Translations under genes and position numbers: made by a program
Notes under the pieces: generated by a model
What the model was told of the DNA's origin: nothing
Databases searched by the model: none
What the model saw: only the letters and a program-made list of their open reading frames with translations
NCBI GenBank assembly: GCA_965220085.1
Contig: CBDCOZ010000003.1
Location: 96,001-160,000 of the forward strand
Reading direction: 5' to 3'
DNA length: 64,000 nt
Origin: Candidatus Oxydemutatoraceae bacterium
GTDB lineage: Bacteria; Pseudomonadota; Gammaproteobacteria; Poriferisulfidales; Oxydemutatoraceae
Shown here: one piece after another, positions 31,238-42,967 of the stretch
How positions within the stretch are numbered: the first letter of the stretch is position 1
How the letters are laid out: each line of letters begins with the position of its first letter

Positions 31238-32140
31238 ATGAATCAAAAAATGATTAATACTACCCCCCCGAATTGGCGGGTAGCACGAACCCGGCTTAGC
31301 CTCTTACCACTTATTCTGCTCACCCTGTTCGCAGTCTGCGACCCGGCACAGGCGCAGAACGCCACTGGCGAACCGGCGGTAACGGCGGCGGATGGCGCCG
31401 ATTTGACGATGGCGGGGCCCAATGAGGACAGCCTGCTCACCGCCACCACGGGCACCATAGAAAACCCCGCTGGCATAGGTACTGTCTTCTGGCAATGGCA
31501 ATCCGCCCCCGCTCCCGACACCGGCGCTCCGGCGGCCAACGTATACACCAACATAGACGGGGCCACTGCCGCCACTTTTACGCCCCTGCAGGAACATGTC
31601 GGCAAATTTTTGAACGCCTGCGCCTTCTTCCATGATAATGATTTCAACGTTGAGATTTTGTGTTGGGCCTCCGTCGCCGCAGTTGCCAATGTCAACGATG
31701 CCCCGACGGCTACCGACAACACCATAATGGTGTCCAATACCGCCGATGCCGACAACCCCTACAAATTCTCGGCCAGCGCCTTCGCCTTTGCCGATGAGGA
31801 GGATGGCGACAGTCTGGCCAGCGTCACCATAGTGACCCTGCCAACCACCGGCACCCTGAGTCTGAATGGCACGGCCCTGAGCGCCGTCCCCGAAAGTCCC
31901 ATAACCGCCGCCCAGCTGGAGGCGGGCGCTCTGACCTACTATCCGGCGGCCGACCAACAGCCCACCGACCCCTCCGCCGCCGCCTACGACAGTTTCACAT
32001 TCCGCGTGACCGACGATGGCGACCAGCCCGATGCCGATACCGACACCACCAGCGCCAACGCCGCTACCATGAGCATCCGTCTGGCAGTAGGACACCTGCG
32101 CTTGCGGCTACGCCTCTTCTTGGAAGGCCCGCTACGGTAG
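31238..32140 (+). CDS. Secreted Ig/cadherin-like tagged protein, short C7 tract in frame
   Basis: RBS AGGAGT; MNQKMINTTPPNWRVARTRLSLL...DPAQAQ; ends in the tag. Confidence 0.85.
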   Translation: MNQKMINTTPPNWRVARTRLSLLPLILLTLFAVCDPAQAQNATGEPAVTAADGADLTMAGPNEDSLLTATTGTIENPAGIGTVFWQWQSAPAPDTGAPAANVYTNIDGATAATFTPLQEHVGKFLNACAFFHDNDFNVEILCWASVAAVANVNDAPTATDNTIMVSNTADADNPYKFSASAFAFADEEDGDSLASVTIVTLPTTGTLSLNGTALSAVPESPITAAQLEAGALTYYPAADQQPTDPSAAAYDSFTFRVTDDGDQPDADTDTTSANAATMSIRLAVGHLRLRLRLFLEGPLR

Positions 32141-32344
32141 CGAGTGCCCTGCGACGGAGAAGGGAAGTGAGGTGCGCAGGGGTGAGACAGGATGCGCTTG
32201 CGGATAACCGAATGTGTGGTATAGTGTGACATCCTATTGACGCAAGCGCAGATGAAACTTGCGAATGATTGAATGTGTGGTATAGTGCAAGACTTATATT
32301 GAGCAAACGCCTTCGCTGGCCACGAGTTATCAGGAGTAACAGAT

Positions 32345-33395
32345 ATGAATAAACAGATTTTTAATATACTACTCTTCAGAGGAAGCGACCCAATGTGTCG
32401 CGCCCTGCTAGGCAAAAGCATGAATAGCGAGATTATTAATACTACCCCCCCCCCCCCCCCCCCCCCCCCCCCTGCATTGGCGGGTAGCACGAACCCGGCT
32501 TAGCCTCTTACCGCTTCTTCTGCTCGCCCTGTTCGCAGTCTGCGAACCGGCACAGGCGCAGAACGCCGCCGGCGAACCAGCGGTAACTGCGGCCTTTTCT
32601 ACTCAAGCTCTTACGGCTCATCAACAGAACGCCACCGGCGAGCCGGCGGTAACGGCGGCGGATGGCGCCGATTTGACGATGGTGGGACCCAATGAGGACA
32701 GCCTGCTCACCGCCACCACGGGCACCATCATGGACCCCGATGTCATAAGCGCTTTAGCCGCCTGGCAATGGGGAATGGCCGACACCAGTGACGGCACCTA
32801 CGCCAACATAGACGGGGCCACTGCCGCCACCTTTACGCCCCTGCAGGAGCATGTCGGCAAATTTCTGCAAGCCTGCGGTGCCTTTTTGGATAATACCGGC
32901 GCCCTCGAGATTTTGTGCTGGAACTCCGTCGCCGCAGTTGCCAATGTCAACGATGCCCCGACGGCTACCGACAACACCATAATGGTGTCCAATACCGCCG
33001 ATGCCGACAACCCCTACAAATTCTCGGCCAGCGCCTTCGCCTTTGCCGATGAGGAGGATGGCGACAGTCTGGCCAGCGTCACCATAGTGACCCTGCCAAC
33101 CACCGGCACCCTGAGTCTGAATGGCACGGCCCTGAGCGCCGTCCCCGAAAGTCCCATAACCGCCGCCCAGCTGGAGGCGGGCGCTCTGACCTACTATCCG
33201 GCGGCCGACCAACAGCCCACCGACCCCTCCGCCGCCGCCTACGACAGTTTCACATTCCGCGTGACCGACGATGGCGACCAGCCCGATGCCGACACCGACA
33301 CCACCAGCGCCAACGCCGCTACCATGAGCATCCGCCTGGCAGTAGGACACCTGCGCTTGCGCTTGCGCCTCTTTCTTGAAGGCCCGTTGCGGTAG
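32345..33395 (+). CDS. Paralogue of 31238-32140, out of frame at C28 (32445-32472)
   Basis: The main frame carries signal LHWRVARTRLSLLPLLLLALFAVCEPAQAQ with no start codon of its own. ATG 32345/32420 needs one C fewer. Confidence 0.8.
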
Positions 33396-33431
33396 CGGGG
33401 CCAACCTGCATCTCTTCTCGCACCATTGTGA

Positions 33432-33665
33432 TGACTCCCCCGCAAGGGGAGTGCGGTTGGCGTAACCCCGAAACTTTCCTTCGCCGCATCTCGCCGCCTG
33501 CGGCTCGGCCTGCGATGCGCCCGCGAGGGGCGGGTGTGGCTTGGTCTCTGCGGGGTGCGCACGGTCGGTGTAACCCCGAAACTTTCCTTCGCCGCATCTC
33601 GCCGCCTGCGGCTCGGCCTGCGATGCGCCCGCGAGGGGCGGGTGTTGCTTGGCCTCTGCGGGGAG
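33432..33665. repeat. REP-like palindromic 108-bp direct repeat x2
   Basis: GTAACCCCGAAACTTTCCTTCGCCGCATCTCGCCGCCTGCGGCTCGGCCTGCGATGCGCCCGCGAGGGGCG at about 33462 and 33570. Confidence 0.7.
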
Positions 33666-33916
33666 CGGCGGTCAGGGGGAGCGATATATGCGAATGTGGC
33701 ATAGAATACACAGGCGATGCAAAGAGTTTTCTATCCATCTATTTTGATTACGATGTCTGCGGCGTGTGCTACGCGTGAGTGCGCCGGTCGGTCGTCGTCT
33801 TTGACAATTTTGATTACGGCGACCGCCGCATGCGTTGCGCGTAATTTTTTGCCGGGCCGAAGCGCTGCGGCGTTGCGGTCGACCGCTGTGAAGAGAAACC
33901 GACTCGGTGATTGACG

Positions 33917-35455
33917 ATGCTGATCACGCAACTTCCAAGGATATTAAAAATAAACATGGTTTTGATAAACCGCGGGCTGGATGAGATCGTGCTCAAGATT
34001 CCGTTCTTGCGCCCGGCGCATTTTCTCTTTCATCTGATGCCGTGGAATTGGTTCGGTCGCAAGAAGCAGCCGCTTGCGGTGCGCATACGGCTCGGGCTTG
34101 AGGACTTGGGGCCGATCTTTGTCAAGTTCGGTCAAATGCTGTCGACCCGTCCCGATCTGTTGCCCGAGGATGTCATTGCCGAGTTGTCAAAACTGCAGGA
34201 CAAGGTGCCGCCGTTTGCCGAAGAAGCGGCGCGACAGATTATCGAGAAGCGGCTCGGCGACAAGGCGGAGAATGTCTTCCGGCAGTTTGACTCCGCGCCG
34301 TTGGCGTCGGCTTCGATCGCACAGGTGCACGCTGCGGCGCTTAAAAGCGGCGAGTCGGTTGTCGTCAAGGTGTTGCGCCCCGCCGTGCGCAAGGTCATCC
34401 GCCGTGATATAGAACTCTTGCACACGATGGCGCGGATGGCGGAGCGGTATTTCCCGCAATCCCGCAGGTTGCATCCGGCGGATGTCGTCGCCGAGTATGA
34501 GAAGACCCTGATGAACGAGATCGACCTGTTGCGCGAGGCGGCCAATGCGAGCCAGTTGCGGCGCAACTTTGATAACTCTCCGTTGCTTTATATACCGCGC
34601 GTCTATTGGGATTATTGCCACAGCGATGTCATTGTGATGGAGCGAATTTACGGTATTCCGGTCAACGACACGGAGCGGCTGAAGGCGGCGGGCATCAATC
34701 TGAAGAAGCTCGCCGAGACCGGCGTGGAGATTTTTTTCACGCAAGTGTTTCGCGATAATTTTTTCCATGCCGATATGCACCCCGGCAATATCATGGTGTC
34801 CGCCGAATCGCCGGACAACCCGCAATATCTCGGCGTTGATTTTGGCATCGTCGGCACGCTGGCCGCCGAAGACCAGCGCTACCTTGCGGCCAATTTTCTG
34901 GCATTTTTCAATCACGATTATCGGCAAGTCGCCAGACTGCACATCCGTTCCGGCTGGGTGCCGGCGGATACCCGCGAGGACGAACTTGAGGCGGCGGTGC
35001 GCACGGTGTGCGAGCCGATCTTTCAGCAGCCTTTGAGCCGCATATCGTTCGGGCTTCTGTTGTTGCGCCTGATCAAGGTCGCCCGCCAGTTCAATATGGA
35101 GGTGCAACCCCAACTGGTGCTGTTGCAGAAAACACTGCTCAATATAGAGGGGCTTGGCCGGCAGATTTATCCGGATTTGGATTTGTGGGATACGGCCAAG
35201 CCGTTTCTTGAGCGGTGGATGGCGCAGCGCCGGGACCCGAGGGTCTTGGCCAAGAAACTCGCGCGGCGCTTGCCCGAGATCATCGAGCAACTCGTCGATC
35301 CCAAGGGCGCGTTCCCGATGACAGCGGCGGCGCCGCCGACAGACACGCGCGACATCGCAAGGTTGCAACGCGAGATCGCGGTATTGCGGCGGGTCATTGT
35401 CGCGGTCGTTGTCATCGCCGCGCTCGGTCTTGCCATCGCGTATTGGCATGGATAG
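33917..35455 (+). CDS. ubiB: Ubiquinone biosynthesis kinase-like protein
   Basis: [36 protein letters not shown] and DFGIVG. Confidence 0.95.
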   Translation: MLITQLPRILKINMVLINRGLDEIVLKIPFLRPAHFLFHLMPWNWFGRKKQPLAVRIRLGLEDLGPIFVKFGQMLSTRPDLLPEDVIAELSKLQDKVPPFAEEAARQIIEKRLGDKAENVFRQFDSAPLASASIAQVHAAALKSGESVVVKVLRPAVRKVIRRDIELLHTMARMAERYFPQSRRLHPADVVAEYEKTLMNEIDLLREAANASQLRRNFDNSPLLYIPRVYWDYCHSDVIVMERIYGIPVNDTERLKAAGINLKKLAETGVEIFFTQVFRDNFFHADMHPGNIMVSAESPDNPQYLGVDFGIVGTLAAEDQRYLAANFLAFFNHDYRQVARLHIRSGWVPADTREDELEAAVRTVCEPIFQQPLSRISFGLLLLRLIKVARQFNMEVQPQLVLLQKTLLNIEGLGRQIYPDLDLWDTAKPFLERWMAQRRDPRVLAKKLARRLPEIIEQLVDPKGAFPMTAAAPPTDTRDIARLQREIAVLRRVIVAVVVIAALGLAIAYWHG

Positions 35456-37667
35456 CGTACGCGAACAACTGCTGGCCGGTCTCAACGAGGAACAGCGGGC
35501 GGCGGTGACCGCGCCGCCGCAGTCGGCATTGGTGATCGCGGGCGCCGGCAGCGGCAAGACCCGCGTCCTCACGCACCGCATCGCGTGGCTGTGCCACAGC
35601 GAGGACATATCGCCGTATGCGGTGGTCGCGGTGACCTTCACCAACAAGGCGGCGCAGGAGATGCGCCGGCGCGTGGAAGATTTGACAGAGGGGTCGGCGC
35701 GCAGTATGTGGATAGGCACGTTTCACGGCATCTGCAACCGCATCCTGCGCCGGCATTACGAGGCGGCGGAGTTGCCGCAATCGTTTCAGATTCTGGATGC
35801 GCAAGATCAACTGCGCATCATCAAGCGCATCACCAAAGCGCTCGGGTTGGATGAGAAAAAGTGGCCGCCCAAGCAGACGCAGTATCTGATCAACGATTAC
35901 AAAGAGCTGGGCAAGCGGGCGGCGGCGGTTCAGGAAGAAAACCCGGCGCACGCGCGTCTGCTGAGAATCTACGCCGAGTACGAAGCGCACTGCCGCCGCT
36001 CGGGGCTGGCGGATTTTACCGAATTGCTATTGCGCACCGTCGAGTTGTTGCGCGATAACGAGGAGGTTCTGGAGCAGTACCAACACCGCTTTCGTCATAT
36101 TCTGGTCGATGAATTTCAGGATACCAATACGCTTCAATACGCCTGGATTCGGTTGCTGGCGGGGCGGGACATTCCGGTGTTTGTGGTCGGCGATGACGAC
36201 CAGTCCATTTACGGCTGGCGCGGCGCGTGCGCGCGCAACATACGCGACTTCGGCAAAGACTTTGCCAATGCCGGCGTGTATCGGTTGCAGCGCAACTACC
36301 GCTCAAACGGCAACATTCTCAAAGCCGCCAACGCGCTGATTGAAAACAACCGCGATCGGATGGGCAAGAACCTCTGGACTAAGGCGGAGGACGGGCCGCC
36401 GATCAAAGTGTTTGCCGCTTACAACGAAGGCGATGAGGCCGAGTTTGTCGTCGCGCAGGCGGCGCATTGGATCGATGAGGCGGGGCATCGGCGCGCAGAG
36501 GTCGCTGTGCTCTATCGTTCCAATGCGCAGTCGCGGGTAATCGAGCAGGCGTTGATTAAAAAAAGCATACCGTACCGGGTGTACGGCGGCATGCGCTTCT
36601 TTGAGCGCGCGGTGATCAAACACGCGATGGCGCATATGCGGCTTTTTTGCCACCGCGCCGATGACCCGTCGTTTGAGCGCATCGTCAATTTCCCGCCGCG
36701 CGGGATCGGCGAGCGCACCTTGGAAGCGGTCAGAGAACGCGCCCGCGCCGATGATTGCGGTTTGTGGAACGCCGCCGTGCGCCTGATCAAAGAGGACGAG
36801 TTGACGCCCAGAAGCGCGTCGTCTCTGTCTGAGTTTTGCCTGATGGTGGAGCATTTGGCCGATGGCATTGCGCCCGAGCATATGCTCTCCGAATTGGCCG
36901 CGCGCATCGCCAAGCGGCTGGCGGCGCACTACGAAAAGAGTTACGCCAAGAACTCCGATGAAGCGGCGATTTCAAACATGGAGAATCTGGAGGAGTTTAT
37001 CGCGGCGGCGCGGGAGTTTGAGTCGTCTTTTGAAGCGGAGAAAGAACAGATGGCCGAAGACGAGCGGGAAGAAAACATCATGGATGCTTTTCTGACTCAC
37101 GCCGCGCTGGAAGCAAGCGAGACGCAGGGCGGATATGAAGAAGACTGCGTGCAACTGATGACATTGCATTCGGCAAAGGGGCTGGAGTTTCCGCTGGTCA
37201 TCATCGTCGGCCTTGAGGAAAATCTGTTTCCGCACGCGCGCAGCATGGCGACGGCGGAGGATTTGGAGGAAGAGCGGCGCCTTTGCTATGTCGGGATTAC
37301 CCGCGCCCGCGAACGCTTGGTGATGACGTATGCCGAGGAGCGCAACCGCGGCTATGGCACGCCGGTGTTTGCCGATATGTCGCGCTTTTTGCAAGAGTTG
37401 CCGGCAGAGTTGCTGGAAGAAGTGCGCCCGCGCATTCAGATCAAGCGCCCGTCGCGCGAGCGGGCGTCTTCCGACCCCGCGCAAACGCGCTTCGCTCCCG
37501 ATCTCGGAATCAATATCGGTCAGGCGGTCCGACACAGCGCCTTTGGCGACGGTGTTGTGCTGAATCTTGAAGGGGCGGGCGAACACGGCAGGGCGCTGGT
37601 GCGCTTTAGAAGCGAGGGCGAGAAGTGGTTGGTCTTGGCTTACGCCAAGCTCGAACTCATCGCCTGA
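35448..37667 (+). CDS. uvrD: DNA helicase II
   Basis: [35 protein letters not shown] and [14 protein letters not shown]. Confidence 0.95.
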   Translation: MDSVREQLLAGLNEEQRAAVTAPPQSALVIAGAGSGKTRVLTHRIAWLCHSEDISPYAVVAVTFTNKAAQEMRRRVEDLTEGSARSMWIGTFHGICNRILRRHYEAAELPQSFQILDAQDQLRIIKRITKALGLDEKKWPPKQTQYLINDYKELGKRAAAVQEENPAHARLLRIYAEYEAHCRRSGLADFTELLLRTVELLRDNEEVLEQYQHRFRHILVDEFQDTNTLQYAWIRLLAGRDIPVFVVGDDDQSIYGWRGACARNIRDFGKDFANAGVYRLQRNYRSNGNILKAANALIENNRDRMGKNLWTKAEDGPPIKVFAAYNEGDEAEFVVAQAAHWIDEAGHRRAEVAVLYRSNAQSRVIEQALIKKSIPYRVYGGMRFFERAVIKHAMAHMRLFCHRADDPSFERIVNFPPRGIGERTLEAVRERARADDCGLWNAAVRLIKEDELTPRSASSLSEFCLMVEHLADGIAPEHMLSELAARIAKRLAAHYEKSYAKNSDEAAISNMENLEEFIAAAREFESSFEAEKEQMAEDEREENIMDAFLTHAALEASETQGGYEEDCVQLMTLHSAKGLEFPLVIIVGLEENLFPHARSMATAEDLEEERRLCYVGITRARERLVMTYAEERNRGYGTPVFADMSRFLQELPAELLEEVRPRIQIKRPSRERASSDPAQTRFAPDLGINIGQAVRHSAFGDGVVLNLEGAGEHGRALVRFRSEGEKWLVLAYAKLELIA

Positions 37668-38390
37668 AATCTTTTCCGAACAGCGTGGCGTATATCCGCA
37701 GCAGTGCGCCGCCGCTGATGCAGGCATCGGCGATGTTGAATGTCGGTCAGGCGGTCCGACACAGCGCCTTTGGCGACGGTGTTGTGCTGAATCTTGAAGG
37801 GGCGGGCGAACACGGCAGGGCGCTGGCGCGCTTTAGGAGCGAGGGCGAGAAGCGGCTGGTCTTGGCCTGCGCCAAGCTCGAACTCATTGCCTGAAATCTT
37901 TTCCGAACAGCGTGGCGTATATCCGCAGCAGTGCGCCGCCGCTGATGCAGGCATCGGCGATGTTGAATGTCGGCCAGCGGAAGGCCCCGTAGCGCAGATC
38001 CAGAAAATCCACGACGCGCCCGTACGCCAGCCGGTCGCAGAGGTTGCCGAGTGCGCCGCCCAGAATCATCGTGATGCCGATGCCGGCGCGCGCCTCGTTA
38101 TCGCGCTGGCGCGCTTTGGGAGCGAGGGCGAGAAGCGGTTGGTCTTGGCCTGCGCTAAACTCGAACTCATCGCCTGAAATCTTTTCCGAACAGCGTGGCG
38201 TATATCAGCAGCAGTGCGCCGCCGCTGATGCAGGCATCGGCGATGTTGAATGTCGGCCAGTGGAAGGCCCCGTAGTGCAGATCCAGAAAATCCACGACGC
38301 GCCCGTACGCCAGCCGGTCGCAGAGGTTGCCGAGTGCGCCGCCCAGAATCATCGTGATGCCGATGCCGGCGCGCGCCTCGTTATCGCGCA
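37512..38390. repeat. Tandem duplications (227 and 283 bp) of the convergent uvrD/lspA 3' junction
   Basis: ...KLELIA* stop recurs at 37667, 37894 and 38177, together with lspA 3' ends. Confidence 0.9.
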
Positions 38391-38634
38391 GGTGTCTGAG
38401 CCAGCCGATGAGTATGACGCAGATGACGAGCGTGATGACGACGAAGAACCAGCGTTGCCAGCCGCCGGCATCGCTGAGGAAGCCGAATGCTGCGCCGGTG
38501 TTGTAGATCAGACTCAGGTTGAACCACGATGTGACCGGCAGCGGCGTGTGCGGCGTGAGCCAGTGCTCGGCGGCAAGTTTGCTCGCCTGATCAAAGGCTA
38601 AGATTGCGGCGGCGGCGATGAGCCATTTACGCAT
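38167..38634 (-). CDS. lspA: Lipoprotein signal peptidase II
   Basis: DQ.SK, NTGAAF, GALGN..DR, VVDF and FNIAD. Confidence 0.95.
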   Translation of the reverse strand: MRKWLIAAAAILAFDQASKLAAEHWLTPHTPLPVTSWFNLSLIYNTGAAFGFLSDAGGWQRWFFVVITLVICVILIGWLRHLRDNEARAGIGITMILGGALGNLCDRLAYGRVVDFLDLHYGAFHWPTFNIADACISGGALLLIYATLFGKDFRR

Positions 38635-41425
38635 GGCGACGCACTTCCCCTTCGCCGCTGACATTGGCGACACAGCGCGCACACAGCGACGGATGCTCGC
38701 TGTCGTCGCCGACATCTTCGCGGATGTGCCAGCAGCGCGCGCATTTCTCGCCGGCGGCGGCGGTGATGCGCACGGCGATATCGTCGGCGGTCTTGACGGC
38801 GTCTTGCGGCGCGTCTGCCGCATCGGCCACTGTCGCACTTGATGTGATCAGCACAAAGCGCAACTCGTCTTCCAAACGCGACAGCACGTTCCGATCGTCA
38901 TCGCCGCAGAATATATCTGCCGCGGCATCCAGCGAAGAGCCGACGACGCCGGCTTGGCGTTGCGCTTCGATCTCTTTCAACACCAGGTCGCGGATCGCAA
39001 TCACCCGCTGCCATTGTTGCGGCGTCAACAGGCTCTCGCCGTCAAATGCCGGCAGCGCGCGATGCCAGCGTTCAACGAAGACCGATTGCTCGCGCGGCCC
39101 GGGAATGCGCTGATAGATTTCTTCGGCGGTGAAACTCAGAACCGGCGCGATGCAGCGCGTCAGCATATGCGCGATGTGCCAGAGCGCGGTCTGTGCCGAG
39201 CGACGTCCGATGCTGTCAGCCGGCATCGTGTAGAGGCGGTCTTTGATTACATCCAGATAGAAGCCGCCCATTTCCACAGTGCAAAATTTGTGTGCCCGCT
39301 GGCAGACCGAATGCAGGACATAGTCGTTGTAGTCTTTCTCCGCCGCGTCTTGCAATGCCGCCGCCGCTTCCACCGCCCAGCGGTCCAGCGCCAGCATCCG
39401 CCGCCCGTTAAGCGCGTGGGTTTGCGGGTCAAAGTCGCACATATTGGATAACAGAAAGCGCGATGTGTTGCGTATGCGTCTGTAGGTGTCGGTCATGCGC
39501 GTCAATATCTCTTTGGAGATCGACATCTCTGAGGTGTAGTCGGTGGCGGCGACCCACAGCCGCAGGACATCGGCGCCGACAGCGCCGATGGTCTCTTGCG
39601 GGGCGATGACATTGCCTTGTGACTTGGACATTTTTTTGCCGAATTTATCGACGACAAAGCCGTGAGTCAAAACCGCTTTGTACGGCGGCTTGTCGCGGTA
39701 CGCCATGGAGGTGATCAGCGAAGACTGGAACCAGCCGCGGTATTGGTCCGACCCTTCAAGGTAGAGGTCGGCGGGGCATTCCAGTTCGTCGCGCTGATCC
39801 AACACGCACGCGTGCGTCACGCCGGAGTCAAACCAGACATCCAGCGTGTCATGGACTTTGACATAGTCTTCGGCGGCATCGCCGAGCAACTCCGAGGCGC
39901 GCAGCGAAAACCACGCATCAACCCCGTCCTTCTCTATGCGTTGTGCGACTTGTTCTATCAGCGCCGGGGTGTCGGGGTGTAATTCGCCGGTTTCTTTGTG
40001 TGCCAGAACCGCAATCGGCACGCCCCAGCGCCGTTGCCGCGAGATGCACCAGTTAGGCCGCGCCCGCAACATGCCGCCGAGGCGCTTGCCGCCCCAGTCG
40101 GGTATCCAACTCACCTTCTCGCACGCCTGTGCGGTGCGCGATACGAGGTCGCGCGCTGTGAGCGAGACGAACCATTGCGGCGTTGCCAGAAAGATGAGCG
40201 GGGTTTTGTGTCGCCAGCAATGCGGGTAGCTGTGGTTATGAGCGGCGGCGCACAAGAGCTTGCCGCGGGTTTGCAATATATCGACAATCGCGTCATCGGC
40301 TTTGCGCAGGTGTGCTTTGGGCACGACCCCCTCGCTGTCGGCGATGACCCCGTTAACGGTGACCGGAGTTTCAATCGGCAAGTCGTATTGGCGCCCGAGT
40401 TGGTAGTCGTCAACGCCGTGCGAGGGCGCGATGTGCACGGCGCCGGTGCCGGTTTCCAGAGTCACGTAATCGCCGCATACGACCGGCGCTTTGCGCGCAT
40501 AGAAAGGGTGTTGCAACGACAGCAACTCCAAGTCTTTTCCTTTTACCGTGGCGATGGTTTCTGTGGCTTGCAAGCCGTAACGTTGCAGGCAGGCTTCGGC
40601 CAGCGCTTGGGCCAATATCAGCGCGCCTTTTGTCGTTTGCAGCAAGACATAGTCGCTTGTCGGGTGCAGTGCGACGGCTTGATTGGCCGGCAGTGTCCAG
40701 CCTGTCGTCGTCCAAATCGGAATGCCGACATCGCCTTGCAGTTGTGCGCCGATGCGCGCGCCTAACTCACCGGCGTCCGCGCTAAACAATACATCCAGCG
40801 CGGTGGAGGTCTTGTCCTTATATTCCACTTCGGCTTCGGCGAGCGCCGAAGCGCATTCAAAGCACCAGTGCACCGGGCGCAAGCCCCGGCTCATATAACC
40901 TTTTTCAATCAGGTTGCCGAGCGTGCGCAGTATGTTTGCTTCGGTTGCAAAGTCCATGCTTGAATAGTGGTTTTCCCAATCGCCGATGACGCCGAGGCGG
41001 ATGAAGTCCCGCTTTTGCTTCTCTATCTGCTCGGCGGCGTGGGCGCGGCATTGCGCCCGAAACTCGGCGTCTTCGATGGCGGCTTTTTTCTTGCCCAGTT
41101 TCTTTTCTACCCGGTGTTCTATGGGCAAGCCGTGACAATCCCAGCCGGGCACATACGGCGCGTCAAACCCCGACAGCAGACGGCTCTTGATGATGGCATC
41201 CTTGAGGATTTTGTTGACGGCGTGACCGATGTGAATGTCGCCGTTTGCATACGGCGGGCCGTCGTGCAAGGTGAAGCGCGGCCGGCCGCTGCGCGCTTTG
41301 CGGATCAGTTGATAGACATCGATCGCATCCCAGTGCGCCAGCATTTCCGGTTCGCGTTGCGGCAGGTTGGCGCGCATCGGAAAATCGGTATGCGGCAGGT
41401 TCAGGGTGTCTTTATAATCTGTCAT
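38627..41425 (-). CDS. ileS: Isoleucyl-tRNA synthetase
   Basis: [28 protein letters not shown] and C-terminal Zn finger. Confidence 0.97.
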   Translation of the reverse strand: MTDYKDTLNLPHTDFPMRANLPQREPEMLAHWDAIDVYQLIRKARSGRPRFTLHDGPPYANGDIHIGHAVNKILKDAIIKSRLLSGFDAPYVPGWDCHGLPIEHRVEKKLGKKKAAIEDAEFRAQCRAHAAEQIEKQKRDFIRLGVIGDWENHYSSMDFATEANILRTLGNLIEKGYMSRGLRPVHWCFECASALAEAEVEYKDKTSTALDVLFSADAGELGARIGAQLQGDVGIPIWTTTGWTLPANQAVALHPTSDYVLLQTTKGALILAQALAEACLQRYGLQATETIATVKGKDLELLSLQHPFYARKAPVVCGDYVTLETGTGAVHIAPSHGVDDYQLGRQYDLPIETPVTVNGVIADSEGVVPKAHLRKADDAIVDILQTRGKLLCAAAHNHSYPHCWRHKTPLIFLATPQWFVSLTARDLVSRTAQACEKVSWIPDWGGKRLGGMLRARPNWCISRQRRWGVPIAVLAHKETGELHPDTPALIEQVAQRIEKDGVDAWFSLRASELLGDAAEDYVKVHDTLDVWFDSGVTHACVLDQRDELECPADLYLEGSDQYRGWFQSSLITSMAYRDKPPYKAVLTHGFVVDKFGKKMSKSQGNVIAPQETIGAVGADVLRLWVAATDYTSEMSISKEILTRMTDTYRRIRNTSRFLLSNMCDFDPQTHALNGRRMLALDRWAVEAAAALQDAAEKDYNDYVLHSVCQRAHKFCTVEMGGFYLDVIKDRLYTMPADSIGRRSAQTALWHIAHMLTRCIAPVLSFTAEEIYQRIPGPREQSVFVERWHRALPAFDGESLLTPQQWQRVIAIRDLVLKEIEAQRQAGVVGSSLDAAADIFCGDDDRNVLSRLEDELRFVLITSSATVADAADAPQDAVKTADDIAVRITAAAGEKCARCWHIREDVGDDSEHPSLCARCVANVSGEGEVRRHA

Positions 41426-42360
41426 GGTTCTGTGCCGGAATCAAAAAACGCCCGCGCTTTGCTTATGTCTTGTGCGATGCTTTGCTTGAGCGCCTCAAGG
41501 GATTCAAAGCGTTGTTCGTCGCGAATCTTCATCAGCGGAATGAGCTCGACTTTATGTCCGTAAAGCCGCTCCGAGAAGTCCGGCATATGCGCTTCAAGTT
41601 GGTATTCCTTGCCGCACACGGTCGGGCGCACACCGGCATTGATGACCGCCTCGCGGATCGTCCCCGACGGCAGGGTGATGGTGCCCGCATAGACGCCTTG
41701 CAACGGCGGGCGGTGTTTCTTACAGGCGATGTTTGCGGTGGGAAAGCCGAGCTCTTTGCCGCCCCGCCCCAGGCCCGGTATCACCCGTCCTTGCACGCCG
41801 AACTTGCGCCCGAGCAGTCGCTCAACGCGATTGAAATCGCTTCCCTCAAGCGCGTTTCGTACCCGCGTGCTGCTGACCGGTTTGCCGTCCAGCATCACGG
41901 TGTCGGCGAGGTTGACGGAGAAGCCCAAGCGCTCTCCGAGTTTTTGCAGCGTGTGATAATCGCCGCTGCGTTCTTTGCCGAAACGAAAGTCTTTGCCGAT
42001 GATAATGTGTTTGACATTTAACGAGCGCACCAGAATTTTCTCGGCGAATTCCTCCGCGCTCATCGCCGCCAGTTGCCGGCAAAAGCGCAGGCATATCAAC
42101 TTGTCGATTCGCATTGCGCCGAACATCCGCAAGCGTTGGGAGAGTCTGTAAAGGTGCGGCCGCCTGTCGGCGGCGGCGGCAAAAAACTCGCCGGGCGGCG
42201 GCTCAAATATCAGGGCCGCCGCCGCCAATCCCGCGGTGCGCGCGAGCTCCCGCGTTTTGGCAATCACCGCTTGGTGTCCGATATGCAGGGCTTCGTAAGC
42301 GCCAATGGTCAGCGCGCACCCGTCATGCAGGCGATAGTCGTATCCTTTCAGAAAATGCAT
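41422..42360 (-). CDS. ribF: Riboflavin kinase / FMN adenylyltransferase
   Basis: H.GHQ, DFRFG, SST.VR and LGFPTAN; ribF-ileS-lspA operon. Confidence 0.95.
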   Translation of the reverse strand: MHFLKGYDYRLHDGCALTIGAYEALHIGHQAVIAKTRELARTAGLAAAALIFEPPPGEFFAAAADRRPHLYRLSQRLRMFGAMRIDKLICLRFCRQLAAMSAEEFAEKILVRSLNVKHIIIGKDFRFGKERSGDYHTLQKLGERLGFSVNLADTVMLDGKPVSSTRVRNALEGSDFNRVERLLGRKFGVQGRVIPGLGRGGKELGFPTANIACKKHRPPLQGVYAGTITLPSGTIREAVINAGVRPTVCGKEYQLEAHMPDFSERLYGHKVELIPLMKIRDEQRFESLEALKQSIAQDISKARAFFDSGTEP

Positions 42361-42403
42361 GTCATAGATTATATGCTACGGCGGCGGCGATTCCGACAGG
42401 CCT

Positions 42404-42967
42404 TTACCGCTTCGCCGCTGTGTGTCGGTCGGGTTGTTTGAGCAGCGCCGCAACCGCCGCGGCGAGATTGTCAAAGACCGGAACCGCGGCCGGGAATTCG
42501 GGGTCGGCGATCGTCTCTTCGCCGAGACCCGTTCTGACCAGCATGGGGGCGGCGCCGACAGCCTGCGCGGCGAGGATATCTTTCATAGTATCGCCGATAA
42601 ACGGCGCGCCTTTGAGGTCGGTGTTCAGACGGCGGGCAATATCTCTCAACAGCCCCGGCGCCGGCTTGCGGCAACGGCAACGCGCGTTGGGATGGTGCGG
42701 GCAGAAAAAGAAGCCTTCTACATGCGCGCCGTTTGCCTGTAGCCGCGTTTGCAGTTCGGCGTGAATGGCGGCGAGGTTTTCAATCGTGATCAAGCCGCGC
42801 CCGATGCCCGATTGGTTGGATACGATGCAGACCCGCCAGCCCGCTTTGATCAGCCGCGTGATCGCCGCTATGCTGCCGTCGATCGGACGCCACTCGGCGA
42901 CCGATTTGATGTATTCGGGCGAGTCGTGATTGATGACGCCGTCGCGATCAAGCAGCGCCAGTTTCAT
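42404..42967 (-). CDS. gmhB: D-glycero-beta-D-manno-heptose 1,7-bisphosphate phosphatase
   Basis: [16 protein letters not shown] and CPH....C.CRKP.PG. Confidence 0.9.
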   Translation of the reverse strand: MKLALLDRDGVINHDSPEYIKSVAEWRPIDGSIAAITRLIKAGWRVCIVSNQSGIGRGLITIENLAAIHAELQTRLQANGAHVEGFFFCPHHPNARCRCRKPAPGLLRDIARRLNTDLKGAPFIGDTMKDILAAQAVGAAPMLVRTGLGEETIADPEFPAAVPVFDNLAAAVAALLKQPDRHTAAKR

